DNA of 64,000 nucleotides from NCBI GenBank assembly GCA_003213095.1, contig QCNV01000002.1, positions 6,300 to 70,299 of the forward strand, read 5' to 3'. How positions within the stretch are numbered: position 1 is the first letter of the stretch; every line of letters begins with the position of its first letter. The notes under the pieces were generated by a model that had not been told where the DNA came from, did no database searches, and saw only the letters and a list, made by a program, of their open reading frames with translations. The translations under genes were made by a program, and so were the position numbers. Source of the DNA: SAR202 cluster bacterium AG-426-M11. Lineage in GTDB: Bacteria > Chloroflexota > Dehalococcoidia > Lucifugimonadales > UBA826. This document shows, in pieces, positions 47,130 to 56,868 of the stretch.

Positions 47130-48179
47130 ATGAAAAAGATCAAAGTTGGCATTGTAGGTTGTGGAGCAATTTCACAATTAAATGTACCAGGATATTTAGA
47201 AAATTCTAACTGTGAAATAATCAGTTTGTGTGACACTCAACATGCACGAGCTGAATCTCGATCTGAACAATGGGGAATCAGTCCTAAAATATATACAAAT
47301 TTTGATGAATTTATCTCTGATAAAGAAATGGACGCAATAGAGATATTAACTCCAACTTTTCTTCATTCAGAACAAATTATTAAATCATTAAATCAAAAAA
47401 AACACGTATCTTGCCAAAAACCCTTATGCACAACATTAGATGAAGCTGAAAAAATCAAAACAACATTAAATGAATCAAAATCAAAATTTCGAATTACTGA
47501 AAATTATTTATATTACCCTCCCATAATTAAAGCAAAACAGCTCATCGATTCAGGAGCAATCGGAGAGCCTAACATGATTAGAATTAGGCATCTTCGAGGA
47601 AAATCTTCAAATTCATATAGACTAGAAGATGACACAAATGTATGGCGTAGAGACTCTAATAAAAACCCTGGTGGAGGACTATATGATGGTGGTTGGCATC
47701 ATTATGCGACTGCTGTACATTTAGCAGGTGAAATATCTAAAATTTCCGCTTTTGTTTCAAAAAATGAAGATTTTATTGATGAAACTCCTAGCTCTACAAT
47801 CTTTGAAGTAAAAAATCAAAAATGTCTTGTATCCATTGATTATGCATCATCTCCTGAAATGTATCTAAGATCAAAATATTACTCGGTAGACGAATTCTTT
47901 GAAATCATTGGAAGTGAAGGAACAATTTGGATTACTAGATGTACTGGCGAGATGTTAGATTTACCTCCTTTAATGATATTTAATGGAAATAAATCGACAC
48001 ACTATCAAATTGATTCAGATTGGATTTCAGGATTTAAGGGAGCAGCACACGCGTTTATAGAATCAATAAATAATGACTCTCCAATCGACATGAATATAGA
48101 TTTTTCTACTCACGTTTTAAAAATAGCATTAGGGGTATACGAATCTTCAAATACCCTCCAAACTGTCACAATCAGCTAA
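47130..48179 (+). CDS. Gfo/Idh/MocA-family NAD(P)-dependent oxidoreductase
   Basis: 'KVGIVGCGAIS' N-terminal Rossmann fold, 'EKP'-like 'CQKPL', and a C-terminal alpha/beta domain. Confidence 0.8.
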   Translation: MKKIKVGIVGCGAISQLNVPGYLENSNCEIISLCDTQHARAESRSEQWGISPKIYTNFDEFISDKEMDAIEILTPTFLHSEQIIKSLNQKKHVSCQKPLCTTLDEAEKIKTTLNESKSKFRITENYLYYPPIIKAKQLIDSGAIGEPNMIRIRHLRGKSSNSYRLEDDTNVWRRDSNKNPGGGLYDGGWHHYATAVHLAGEISKISAFVSKNEDFIDETPSSTIFEVKNQKCLVSIDYASSPEMYLRSKYYSVDEFFEIIGSEGTIWITRCTGEMLDLPPLMIFNGNKSTHYQIDSDWISGFKGAAHAFIESINNDSPIDMNIDFSTHVLKIALGVYESSNTLQTVTIS

Positions 48180-48183
48180 CATT

Positions 48184-50739
48184 ATGACCACACCTGCTAG
48201 AGTTCAATATCTTAAAATCAAAGAAAAATATCAAAATGAGATTCTGTTTTTTAGGATGGGGGACTTTTACGAGACATTTGACAATGATGCAAAAATTTTA
48301 TCTAAAGAATTACAAATTGCATTAACCTCAAAAGAAATGGGCAAGGGCAACAAAGTACCATTAGCAGGAATTCCTTATCACGCGATAAATAACTATTTAC
48401 CTAAATTAATTAATAACGGATACAGGGTCGCTATTTGTGAACAAACTAGTGACCCTAAAGATTCAAAAGGAATTGTTGACAGGTCTGTGGTTCGAGTTGT
48501 GACTGCAGGAACTGTCACTGAGGACAATTTAATTGATAAAAACCTAAATAATTTTCTAATGTGCTTAGTCGCTGACAACAAATCTGCTGGACTAGCGTAT
48601 ATAGATATCACTACATGTGAATTTTTCACAACAGAACTTCCATTAGAATATTTGCACGCAGAAATAGCTAGAATTAATCCTAAAGAAATTTTAGTTTCAA
48701 ATAAATCATTACTAAATCCCCAAAACAAATCTTCATTTGTAATTCAAGAAGATTCTTCAATGATCCCATATTTGGAATCTGCAGAACAAATCTTAAAAAC
48801 CCATTTTCAAGTGAAATCTCTTGAACCATTTGGGTGCTCTAAATTACATTTAGCAATTAGAGCTTCTGCTGGAATAATTTCATATGTACAGAAAAATCAA
48901 CCTTTATCTATTCCCAACATCACAAATTTAAAAACATTTTCAACTAATTCTTTTATGACTTTAGACAGTCAGACTATAAATAACCTTGAGCTATTTAAGG
49001 CAGGACGATCAGAATCTAAAAACTCTTCTTTGTTTAATATTCTAAATTTCACTCAAACTCCCATGGGTAGTAGGCTTTTAAGAAATTGGATTAGTCAACC
49101 ATTGTTAGATATTAAAGAAATATCTCAAAGAGCAGATTCGATTACAGAATTTAAAAATAATCCTGAAACTTTTAAAAAAATTTCAGATCACTTAGAAAAT
49201 ATTTCTGACCTAGAAAGATTGATTACAAAAGTAAACTCAGGAACAGCTAATCCTCGAGATCTAATATCAATATCAAGTAGTTTAGAACAGATAACTCATA
49301 TAAAAACTATTCTTAAAAAATCTAATATTTCAAAATTGAAATGGCTCGAATCTCCTATTAAAACTCACTTAAAAACAATCAGTTTAATTAACTCAGCTAT
49401 TAATATTGATTCATCAACATTGGTAGGAAACGGAAAAACAATACAAAAAGGGTATTCAAAAAATTTAGACAGCTTAATAGAACTTTCTCAAAACTCTCAA
49501 ATATCTATAGCAAATCTAGAAAATAAAGAAAAAGAAAACAGTGGCATAAAATCTTTAAAAATAGGATTTAATAGAGTGTTTGGGTACTATATCGAAATCA
49601 GCAAAAGTAACCTTGCGCAAATACCAGAAGGGTATATTCGAAAACAAACTTTAACAGGTGCAGAAAGGTTTATTACTGAAGAATTAAAACAACTTGAAGA
49701 CGAAATTCTTACAGCAAAAGAAAAAATAGAAATCATAGAAAATGAGATTTTTCAAAAAATTTGCCATCAAATTTCATTGTCTATTAACTCAATCATTATT
49801 TCGGCAAATACTATTGCAATTGTAGATGTCATATCGAGTTTGACCATTGCAGCACAAGAGAATAATTATATCCGACCCAATATTTCCAATAATCTGAATA
49901 CAGAAGTCATTGACAGTCGGCATCCAGTAGTTGAAAAAATTCTCTCTAAAAATGACTACATTCCCAATGATATTAAAATTGGAAATCCTGAAAATAAAAT
50001 TAATGTTTTAACAGGACCTAACATGGCAGGTAAGTCCACTTATTTGAGACAAATCGGATTAATTAATCTAATGGCACAAATAGGGAGTTTTGTTCCAGCT
50101 TCATCTGCAGAAATCAGTTTAGTAGATAGAATTTTTACTAGAGTTGGACTTCAAGATGACTTAAGTATTGGACAATCAACATTCATGGTTGAAATGGTTG
50201 AAACAGCAACAATTCTGAATAACGCTACTTCTAAATCTCTAATTTTATTGGACGAAATTGGTAGAGGAACTAGTACCTATGATGGACTAGCTATTGCCCA
50301 ATCAGTTGTGGAATTTATCCATAATCACCCTAAACTACAAAGCAAAACAATTTTTGCGACTCATTATCATGAAATGATAGATGTAGCCGATCAACTTGAA
50401 AATGCTAACAATTTACATGTTACTGTAGAGGAAAATTTTGGTGACATAATATTTTTAAGAAAAATAGATCAAGGTGGTGCAGGTAAAAGTTATGGCATTC
50501 ACGTTGCTGATTTAGCTGGAATACCCAAAGACATTATCGACAGAGCTAGAAAGTTACTAAATGAATTTGAAAACTCAACTGCGACAAAAATAAATCCAGA
50601 ATCGTCCAAACAATTATCGTTGATACCATCAAAAAATCAGGAAATCAAACAATTACTTTCAAGAATCAACATTGACGAAATCACTCCATTAGAAGCATTA
50701 ACCATCCTAGATGATCTAAAACGAAAAATAATCGACTGA
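48184..50739 (+). CDS. mutS: DNA mismatch repair protein MutS
   Basis: 'FFRMGDFYETF', Walker A 'GPNMAGKST', 'DEIGRGTSTYDG', 'ATHYHE'. Confidence 0.95.
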   Translation: MTTPARVQYLKIKEKYQNEILFFRMGDFYETFDNDAKILSKELQIALTSKEMGKGNKVPLAGIPYHAINNYLPKLINNGYRVAICEQTSDPKDSKGIVDRSVVRVVTAGTVTEDNLIDKNLNNFLMCLVADNKSAGLAYIDITTCEFFTTELPLEYLHAEIARINPKEILVSNKSLLNPQNKSSFVIQEDSSMIPYLESAEQILKTHFQVKSLEPFGCSKLHLAIRASAGIISYVQKNQPLSIPNITNLKTFSTNSFMTLDSQTINNLELFKAGRSESKNSSLFNILNFTQTPMGSRLLRNWISQPLLDIKEISQRADSITEFKNNPETFKKISDHLENISDLERLITKVNSGTANPRDLISISSSLEQITHIKTILKKSNISKLKWLESPIKTHLKTISLINSAINIDSSTLVGNGKTIQKGYSKNLDSLIELSQNSQISIANLENKEKENSGIKSLKIGFNRVFGYYIEISKSNLAQIPEGYIRKQTLTGAERFITEELKQLEDEILTAKEKIEIIENEIFQKICHQISLSINSIIISANTIAIVDVISSLTIAAQENNYIRPNISNNLNTEVIDSRHPVVEKILSKNDYIPNDIKIGNPENKINVLTGPNMAGKSTYLRQIGLINLMAQIGSFVPASSAEISLVDRIFTRVGLQDDLSIGQSTFMVEMVETATILNNATSKSLILLDEIGRGTSTYDGLAIAQSVVEFIHNHPKLQSKTIFATHYHEMIDVADQLENANNLHVTVEENFGDIIFLRKIDQGGAGKSYGIHVADLAGIPKDIIDRARKLLNEFENSTATKINPESSKQLSLIPSKNQEIKQLLSRINIDEITPLEALTILDDLKRKIID

Positions 50740-50742
50740 AAA

Positions 50743-51642
50743 TCAACCGAGAGATTTGAAATGTTCCATAGCTTTTTGATACATATTCTGAACAGGAGCA
50801 GATTTACCTGTCCATAATTCAAATGAATCTACTCCTTGAAAAATTAACATCCATAACCCTTGGATTATTTCAGCTCCAGCTTCTTGAGCATTTTTTAAAA
50901 GAGGTGTGATTAAAGGGTTATAAACTATGTCATACACAACACAATTTACAGGAATTTGATCTGGACTCAATAATGATTCAAATTCCATTGAGGAATGCTT
51001 CATTCCTACGGATGTAGCATTAATTATCAAGTCAGATCTAAGAGAAATTTCTGAAATTTTTTCATCATAAATTGAAAGAATACTAAAAATTTCTTGGTTT
51101 ACTCCAAAATCGTTTATCAGTTTTACAGCCCTGTCTACAGTTCTATTAGCTATAGTAATTGAATTTACTTTTTCATTGACTAACCCAAAAATAGCAGCTC
51201 TAGCAGCTCCTCCAGCACCTAAAATTAAAACATTTTTCCCTATAGGATCAAAAGATGCTATTTCCTTCAAAGATCGAATAAATCCTGAAACATCAGTGTT
51301 ATAACCTTTTAACTTTCCTGAATTATTGACTATGGTATTAATAGCACCAATTTGTTTTGCAGTTCCATCCAATTCATCAACCATACCATAAGCTAATTCT
51401 TTATATGGAATAGTAACGTTTGCTCCCAAACTATTAGGTTTCCTTAACAAATTTACTCTTTCGTGCAATTCATCCTTAGAGAATTCCCAAACTTCATACA
51501 ATGCAGGTATTTGACAATATTTAAAAGCTACATTTTGAAAAACAGGCGAAAGAGAATGCGAAAGCTTTTCCCCAAAAATTCCGACTTGATACAAATCATT
51601 CCTCTTATAGTTGATTTCAAACTTTTTGACTGTTAGGATCAA
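50743..51642 (-). CDS. aroE: Shikimate dehydrogenase
   Basis: 'SHSLSPVFQN', 'NVTIPYK', 'GAGGAARA'. An internal TTG at 51594 preceded by 'AAGAGGA' is an equally good or better start. Confidence 0.88.
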   Translation of the reverse strand: MILTVKKFEINYKRNDLYQVGIFGEKLSHSLSPVFQNVAFKYCQIPALYEVWEFSKDELHERVNLLRKPNSLGANVTIPYKELAYGMVDELDGTAKQIGAINTIVNNSGKLKGYNTDVSGFIRSLKEIASFDPIGKNVLILGAGGAARAAIFGLVNEKVNSITIANRTVDRAVKLINDFGVNQEIFSILSIYDEKISEISLRSDLIINATSVGMKHSSMEFESLLSPDQIPVNCVVYDIVYNPLITPLLKNAQEAGAEIIQGLWMLIFQGVDSFELWTGKSAPVQNMYQKAMEHFKSLG

Positions 51643-51668
51643 TTTAAGTTAGTTACTAGGATTTTATC

Positions 51669-52271
51669 ATTCATCTACAATCTTCATCCCAAAAAATCGA
51701 ACGAATAGCTCACTATATCTCAAATTGCACTAACTGCCCTCTAAATAAATACAGAACCAAAACAGTCCCAGGGCAAGGCAATCCAAATGCAGACATACTT
51801 TTGATTGGTGAAGCTCCAGGAGCAAAAGAAGATCTAGAGGGAAGCCCGTTTATTGGGAGAGCAGGCAAAGTTCTTGACGAACTTTTAAATCACATCAACT
51901 TATCTAGAGAAGATATTTTTATTACTAATATGGTTAAGTGCAGACCTCCTAAAAATAGAGATCCTTTTAAATCAGAAATTTTGCAATGTAACACTTTTTT
52001 GGATCAACAAATTGCATATATAAATCCTAAATTGATAATCACATTAGGTAAATTTGCATTCAAAAAGTTCTTCCCAATTCAATCGATGAGTGATAATAGA
52101 GGAGCCCCTCAAAAATGGAATGATTTAATGATTTTTCCGGTATACCACCCGGCTGCAGCTTTATATAACCCCAATCTAAAGACAAAAATGTTGAGTGATT
52201 TTGAACAAATCCAAAATATCCTTAATGAAGTTGTCTTAGATAACAAACTCAAACAAATAAATTTATTATGA
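51669..52271 (+). CDS. Family-4 (Fe-S) uracil-DNA glycosylase, apparently with a non-canonical start
   Basis: 'GEAPG..ED..G.PF.GRAG', 'VKCRPP', 'HPAA'. The conserved N-terminal 'CTNCPL...R' is in frame upstream of the first canonical start (TTG 51801). Only ATC/ATT/ATA codons are available between the in-frame TAG at 51657 and 51801. Confidence 0.7.
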   Translation: MHLQSSSQKIERIAHYISNCTNCPLNKYRTKTVPGQGNPNADILLIGEAPGAKEDLEGSPFIGRAGKVLDELLNHINLSREDIFITNMVKCRPPKNRDPFKSEILQCNTFLDQQIAYINPKLIITLGKFAFKKFFPIQSMSDNRGAPQKWNDLMIFPVYHPAAALYNPNLKTKMLSDFEQIQNILNEVVLDNKLKQINLL

Positions 52272-53923
52272 ATAATGATTCGAAAATCAAAATTATTCAC
52301 TTGGGCGGACTAGGCGAAATCGGCCGAAACATGATGTTAATTGGATTCGAAGAAGAATATCTAATCATAGATTGCGGAATTTCTTTTCCTCCTTCTGATC
52401 TATTAGGGGTAGATTTAGGAATTCCTGACATGACATTTATTGACAAAATTTCCAACAAAATCAAAGGTATTCTTATTACGCATGGACATGAAGATCATAT
52501 AGGAGGTCTTCCGTTCTTATTAAATCACACAAACGCACCTATTTTTTCTTCAAAACTAACACACGGATTGATAAGTGTGAAATTAAAAGAATTTGGAGCA
52601 ATTTCCAAAACTAGTTTAAATATTATTCAACCATTTAAAAATATAAATATTTCCAAATTTTCTGTCCAATTTTTCAACGTATGCCACTCAATCCCCGATG
52701 CGATGGGTATTACAGTAAACACTCCGTTAGGTATGATTGTGCATACTGGAGACTTTAAAATTGACCACTCTCCTACGGATGGCAAATTAATAGATTTTCA
52801 AGCTCTCGGATCATTATTTTCAAGTGGCGTTTTAGCACTCTGTTCCGATTCAACCTATGCTGAACTCAAAGGATTTACGCCATCTGAGTCTCAAGTCACT
52901 CGCACTTTATATGATGAAATCAGAGAATCTAAGGGAAGAGTAATTATTTCTACTTTTGCTTCTCAGATTTATAGAATTCAGCAAATTATTGATGCCTGCA
53001 AAATGACTGATAAAAAAGTCTCAATCGTTGGAAGAAAAATGAGTACTAATATCAAAATGGCATTAAAGTTAGGCTACTTACAAGATTCAAAAAATTGTAT
53101 TACTGATATCAATTCTTTATTAAAATTACCTGATAAAAAATGTGTATTAATTACTACAGGATCACAAGGTGAACCCACTTCAGTAATGACACAAATTGCA
53201 AATCAAATTCACCCTAGAATTATCGTTAAAAATGGAGACAAATTCATTTTTTCGTCCTCTCCTATTCCAGGAAATGAGCTTCAAGTTGTAAAGAATATCG
53301 ACAAACTTTTTAAACAAGGAGCTGATGTAATTTACAACAAAATTGCAAAAGTTCATGTCAGAGGGCACGGGAGTCAAGAAGATTTAAAATTAATGATTGG
53401 AATAGCAAAACCTAAATATTTTATCCCTGTTCACGGAGAACACAGACATTTAATTGCACACTCTAAATTAGCACAACAAATGGGAATCTCAAGTGAAAAC
53501 AACTTTGTCATGCAAAATGGAGATATACTGGAAATTGATTCAGTAAAAGCATCAATAGTTGATCAAGTCCCAGCTGAAAACCTATATTTTGACGGTAAAA
53601 CAATCAGAAATGTAAAAAGTCATTTGATTTCTGACAGAAAAGATCTTTCACGTAACGGCATAATTTATATTCATATTTCCTCTTTAACAAATACTCGATC
53701 GCAGAAATCTTTTACTTTAAATTCTCATGGATTATTTGAGCATGTAACTGATACTGAAATCCTAGAAAATACTAAAAATTATGTACAAACACTGCTAGCC
53801 AATTCCACTTCTAAAGATATAAATTTAGATAACATAAAAAGTAAAATAATTACAGAAGTGAAGTCATTTGTTTCAAAAAATACTGGGAAAAAACCAGTAG
53901 TCATAGTTGAAATCCAACACTAA
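52268..53923 (+). CDS. rnj: Ribonuclease J
   Basis: Metallo-beta-lactamase 'ITHGHEDHIGG', beta-CASP region, 'VRGHGSQEDL', 'PVHGEHRH'. Confidence 0.9.
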   Translation: MNNDSKIKIIHLGGLGEIGRNMMLIGFEEEYLIIDCGISFPPSDLLGVDLGIPDMTFIDKISNKIKGILITHGHEDHIGGLPFLLNHTNAPIFSSKLTHGLISVKLKEFGAISKTSLNIIQPFKNINISKFSVQFFNVCHSIPDAMGITVNTPLGMIVHTGDFKIDHSPTDGKLIDFQALGSLFSSGVLALCSDSTYAELKGFTPSESQVTRTLYDEIRESKGRVIISTFASQIYRIQQIIDACKMTDKKVSIVGRKMSTNIKMALKLGYLQDSKNCITDINSLLKLPDKKCVLITTGSQGEPTSVMTQIANQIHPRIIVKNGDKFIFSSSPIPGNELQVVKNIDKLFKQGADVIYNKIAKVHVRGHGSQEDLKLMIGIAKPKYFIPVHGEHRHLIAHSKLAQQMGISSENNFVMQNGDILEIDSVKASIVDQVPAENLYFDGKTIRNVKSHLISDRKDLSRNGIIYIHISSLTNTRSQKSFTLNSHGLFEHVTDTEILENTKNYVQTLLANSTSKDINLDNIKSKIITEVKSFVSKNTGKKPVVIVEIQH

Positions 53924-56237
53924 ATTAGGGACAAAAATAGTGACCAGTCTAATTGAAAGTATAGAAAAAATTTTTATGATTGGGGGATTAGGAATTTTCT
54001 TAATCACAGCTTGGATATTTTACTTTTTAGGTGCTTTAAAATTTAAGTCAATTAGAGAATTTTTGTTATTTAGATATCAAGTGATTCTAGGATTTATAAT
54101 TTTTACCGTAGCTATATGGGGATTATTTAGTCTAATTAATCCTCCAAACGGATTTCCTGGATGGACAAAACAATCCATAAACTCCAACTTGGGAGGATCA
54201 ATAGGATCAATGATCTTAGGGGATTCTCTAATTAATCAAATTTTAAGAATCTCTAGTTTGATTTTTCTGACCCTAATTGTAATTAAACCTAAATCTTCAA
54301 TTTTAATAGTTAAATTTATTAAAATTATTTTCCAATTACTTCGAATTATGTTTAAGAAGATTATTTCAAATTACTGGTCTAAAAACTCAACAAACAAGTC
54401 AACACCAATTCCTGAATACTCAACAAACAAATCAACACTAATTCCTGAAAACTCCCCACTAATTACTAAAACTGTTGATGACAGGAGTAGGAGTACCTCA
54501 AAATCATCTTGGGGCTCAGCAGCAAATAACCTAGGATATTTTGTTGTTAACGAAAAAGAAGAACAAAAACCTCATCAAGAAATTTTATCGGAGGAAAAAT
54601 CTGAGGGAACAGTCTCAGATTTCAATAATCAACATAATGCTCGATTCAGTGACCCTAATGAGGTAGACACTGATCCCAAACGCCAAAACCAATTTTGGGA
54701 AACTTCTCCTATGAAGGATCCAATTAAAAATACTGAGGAAATCACCACAACAAATACTTCAAAAAAAAAATGGGCTTTACCTGACGTATCACTTCTATCT
54801 TCAGCATCTCACGGAGGCATTAGCCCTGAAGAAATTTCTGAAACATCCCAAATAATTAAAAAGACCTTCGCTGAATATAAAGTAGAAATTGAGGTTGAAA
54901 AAGTTCGGCCTGGGCCTACAGTAACTATGTATGGGATTCAGCCAGGTTGGGTCAGAAAAAACAGAAACGAAAAAACTAAAGATGAAAATGGGAATCAAAT
55001 CATCTCAAAGGTTGAAGAAAAAACTAGGGTAAGCGTTGACAATATTTTAAGACGAGAGAAAGACCTTGCCCTTGCACTAAAAACTCCTAGCCTTAGAATA
55101 GAAACTCCTGTAATGGGGGAATCATTATTAGGGATTGAAGTCCCAAACCCCAATCCTAGCTTAGTTGCTCTAAGAAATGTAATGGAAAGCAAAATTTATA
55201 AAGATTTTGAATCTAAAGCGGCCTTACCTATAGCTCTTGGCAAGGGCTCTGATGGAGATGAAGTAGTATTTGATCTCACTAAAATGCCTCACTTACTAAT
55301 AGCTGGGGCAACAGGAAGCGGGAAAAGTGTATGTATAAATGCAATAATTTCTTGCTTGATAATGGAAAGAACTCCAGAACAACTTCAAATGGTATTGGTA
55401 GATCCAAAAAGAGTAGAACTGACACCATATAATCAAATACCGCACCTAATAGAGCCAGTAATAGTTGAAACTGATCAAGTTGTGAATACTTTAAAAGGGA
55501 TTATTCGCGAAATGATGGACAGGTATCGACAAATGGAAGAAATAGGAGCAAGAAATATAGAATCTTACAATCAAAAATCATCTTCAAAGTTTCCTTACAT
55601 TGTCGTTGCTATAGATGAATTGGCTGATTTAATGATGACTGCAGCATTTGATGTAGAACAATCCATTTGTAGGCTAGCACAGTTAGGTAGAGCTACTGGC
55701 ATCCATCTGATAATTGCTACTCAACGACCATCCGTAGATGTAATCACAGGCTTAATCAAAGCAAATTTCCCTAGTAGAATCAGTTTTGCTGTAACTTCTC
55801 AAATCGATTCTAGAACTATTATGGATACTTCTGGAGCAGAAAAATTATTGGGAAGAGGCGACATGTTATACCAACCTATTGATGGAACAAGACCTTCTAG
55901 GGTTCAAAATGTATTTATAAGTGATGATGAAATTAAAAATTTAGTCTCACATTGGAAAAACAATCCTAAAGGGTTTAAACCTCAAATCGATATTCACACA
56001 ATAGGCGACCCTATAGGTTTACAATCTAATATAGATGCATCTTCAAAGTCGGATCAATTGATTGATCAAGCAATTGCAGTAGCACAAAAAAACAACAAAA
56101 TATCCACATCTCTGTTACAAAGAAGGCTGAGGATAGGTTATCCAAGAGCTGCTAGGCTTATGGACGAACTTGAAGATATGGGAATTGTCAGCGCTAGCGA
56201 TGGATCAAAATCAAGAGATGTTTTAATCAGTTCCTAA
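53907..56237 (+). CDS. ftsK: DNA translocase FtsK
   Basis: N-terminal TM helices and a low-complexity linker. Walker A 'GATGSGKS', Walker B 'VVAIDELADL', and gamma domain 'LLQRRLRIGYPRAARLMDELE'. The start is uncertain (TTG 53907 or GTG 53940). Confidence 0.92.
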   Translation: MKSNTKLGTKIVTSLIESIEKIFMIGGLGIFLITAWIFYFLGALKFKSIREFLLFRYQVILGFIIFTVAIWGLFSLINPPNGFPGWTKQSINSNLGGSIGSMILGDSLINQILRISSLIFLTLIVIKPKSSILIVKFIKIIFQLLRIMFKKIISNYWSKNSTNKSTPIPEYSTNKSTLIPENSPLITKTVDDRSRSTSKSSWGSAANNLGYFVVNEKEEQKPHQEILSEEKSEGTVSDFNNQHNARFSDPNEVDTDPKRQNQFWETSPMKDPIKNTEEITTTNTSKKKWALPDVSLLSSASHGGISPEEISETSQIIKKTFAEYKVEIEVEKVRPGPTVTMYGIQPGWVRKNRNEKTKDENGNQIISKVEEKTRVSVDNILRREKDLALALKTPSLRIETPVMGESLLGIEVPNPNPSLVALRNVMESKIYKDFESKAALPIALGKGSDGDEVVFDLTKMPHLLIAGATGSGKSVCINAIISCLIMERTPEQLQMVLVDPKRVELTPYNQIPHLIEPVIVETDQVVNTLKGIIREMMDRYRQMEEIGARNIESYNQKSSSKFPYIVVAIDELADLMMTAAFDVEQSICRLAQLGRATGIHLIIATQRPSVDVITGLIKANFPSRISFAVTSQIDSRTIMDTSGAEKLLGRGDMLYQPIDGTRPSRVQNVFISDDEIKNLVSHWKNNPKGFKPQIDIHTIGDPIGLQSNIDASSKSDQLIDQAIAVAQKNNKISTSLLQRRLRIGYPRAARLMDELEDMGIVSASDGSKSRDVLISS
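54385..54455 (+). repeat. In-frame 33-bp tandem duplication (~2.2 copies) in the ftsK linker
   Basis: actcaacaaacaagtcaacaccaattcctgaat (54385-54417) and actcaacaaacaaatcaacactaattcctgaaa (54418-50), then actcc. They encode STNKSTPIPEY/STNKSTLIPEN. Confidence 0.85.
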
Positions 56238-56846
56238 CTATAACACTCCTCCATACTGCGATCTGCTAGACTCAAATGAATTAATACTATCCTCTTCTTC
56301 TAACGTTAACCCTATATCATCTAGTCCATTTAATAGACAATGTCTACGAAATGGCTCAATATCAAAATCCAATACAATTTCTTCATTAGAGTCCCATATT
56401 TGTTGCGACTCTAAATCTATTGAAAGACTGTAATTTCCGTCTAATTCTGAGTTAGATATAATTTTTTTCACAACTTCTTCAGGAAGAACTATAGGTAAAA
56501 CACCATTTTGAAAGCAATTGTTATAAAAAATATCTGCAAAACTAGGAGCAAGAATACATTTAATACCAAAATCTTGTAAGGCCCAAGGAGCATGCTCTCT
56601 TGAAGAACCTGAACCAAAATTCCTACCGCTAACTAATATACTTGCATCTGTGTATGGCTTTTGATTTAAAATAAAATCCGGATTTTCAGACCCGTCTTCT
56701 AAGTACCTCCAATCGTAAAACAGAAATTCTCCAAACCCAGTCCTTTCCACTCGTTTAAGGAATTGTTTAGGGATAATTTGATCCGTATCTACATTCACTC
56801 TGTCTAATGGAGCAACATTGCCTTCAATTACTCTAATAGGTTCCAT
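56238..56846 (-). CDS. leuD: 3-isopropylmalate dehydratase small subunit
   Basis: '[15 protein letters not shown]', 'IAPSFADIF'. Confidence 0.92.
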   Translation of the reverse strand: MEPIRVIEGNVAPLDRVNVDTDQIIPKQFLKRVERTGFGEFLFYDWRYLEDGSENPDFILNQKPYTDASILVSGRNFGSGSSREHAPWALQDFGIKCILAPSFADIFYNNCFQNGVLPIVLPEEVVKKIISNSELDGNYSLSIDLESQQIWDSNEEIVLDFDIEPFRRHCLLNGLDDIGLTLEEEDSINSFESSRSQYGGVL

Positions 56847-56868
56847 TATTTCCTCTCATTTTTGATGT

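Noticed and set aside
51801-52271. Accepting the ORF-track TTG start at 51801 for the uracil-DNA glycosylase.
   Set aside because: That start would delete the conserved N-terminal CxxC Fe-S ligands, which are clearly encoded in frame upstream. I preferred an upstream near-cognate start, though with uncertainty.
54385-54455. A tandem repeat considered as a CRISPR-like or minisatellite element.
   Set aside because: There are only ~2.2 directly adjacent copies with no spacers. The repeat is in frame inside ftsK, so it is a coding duplication.
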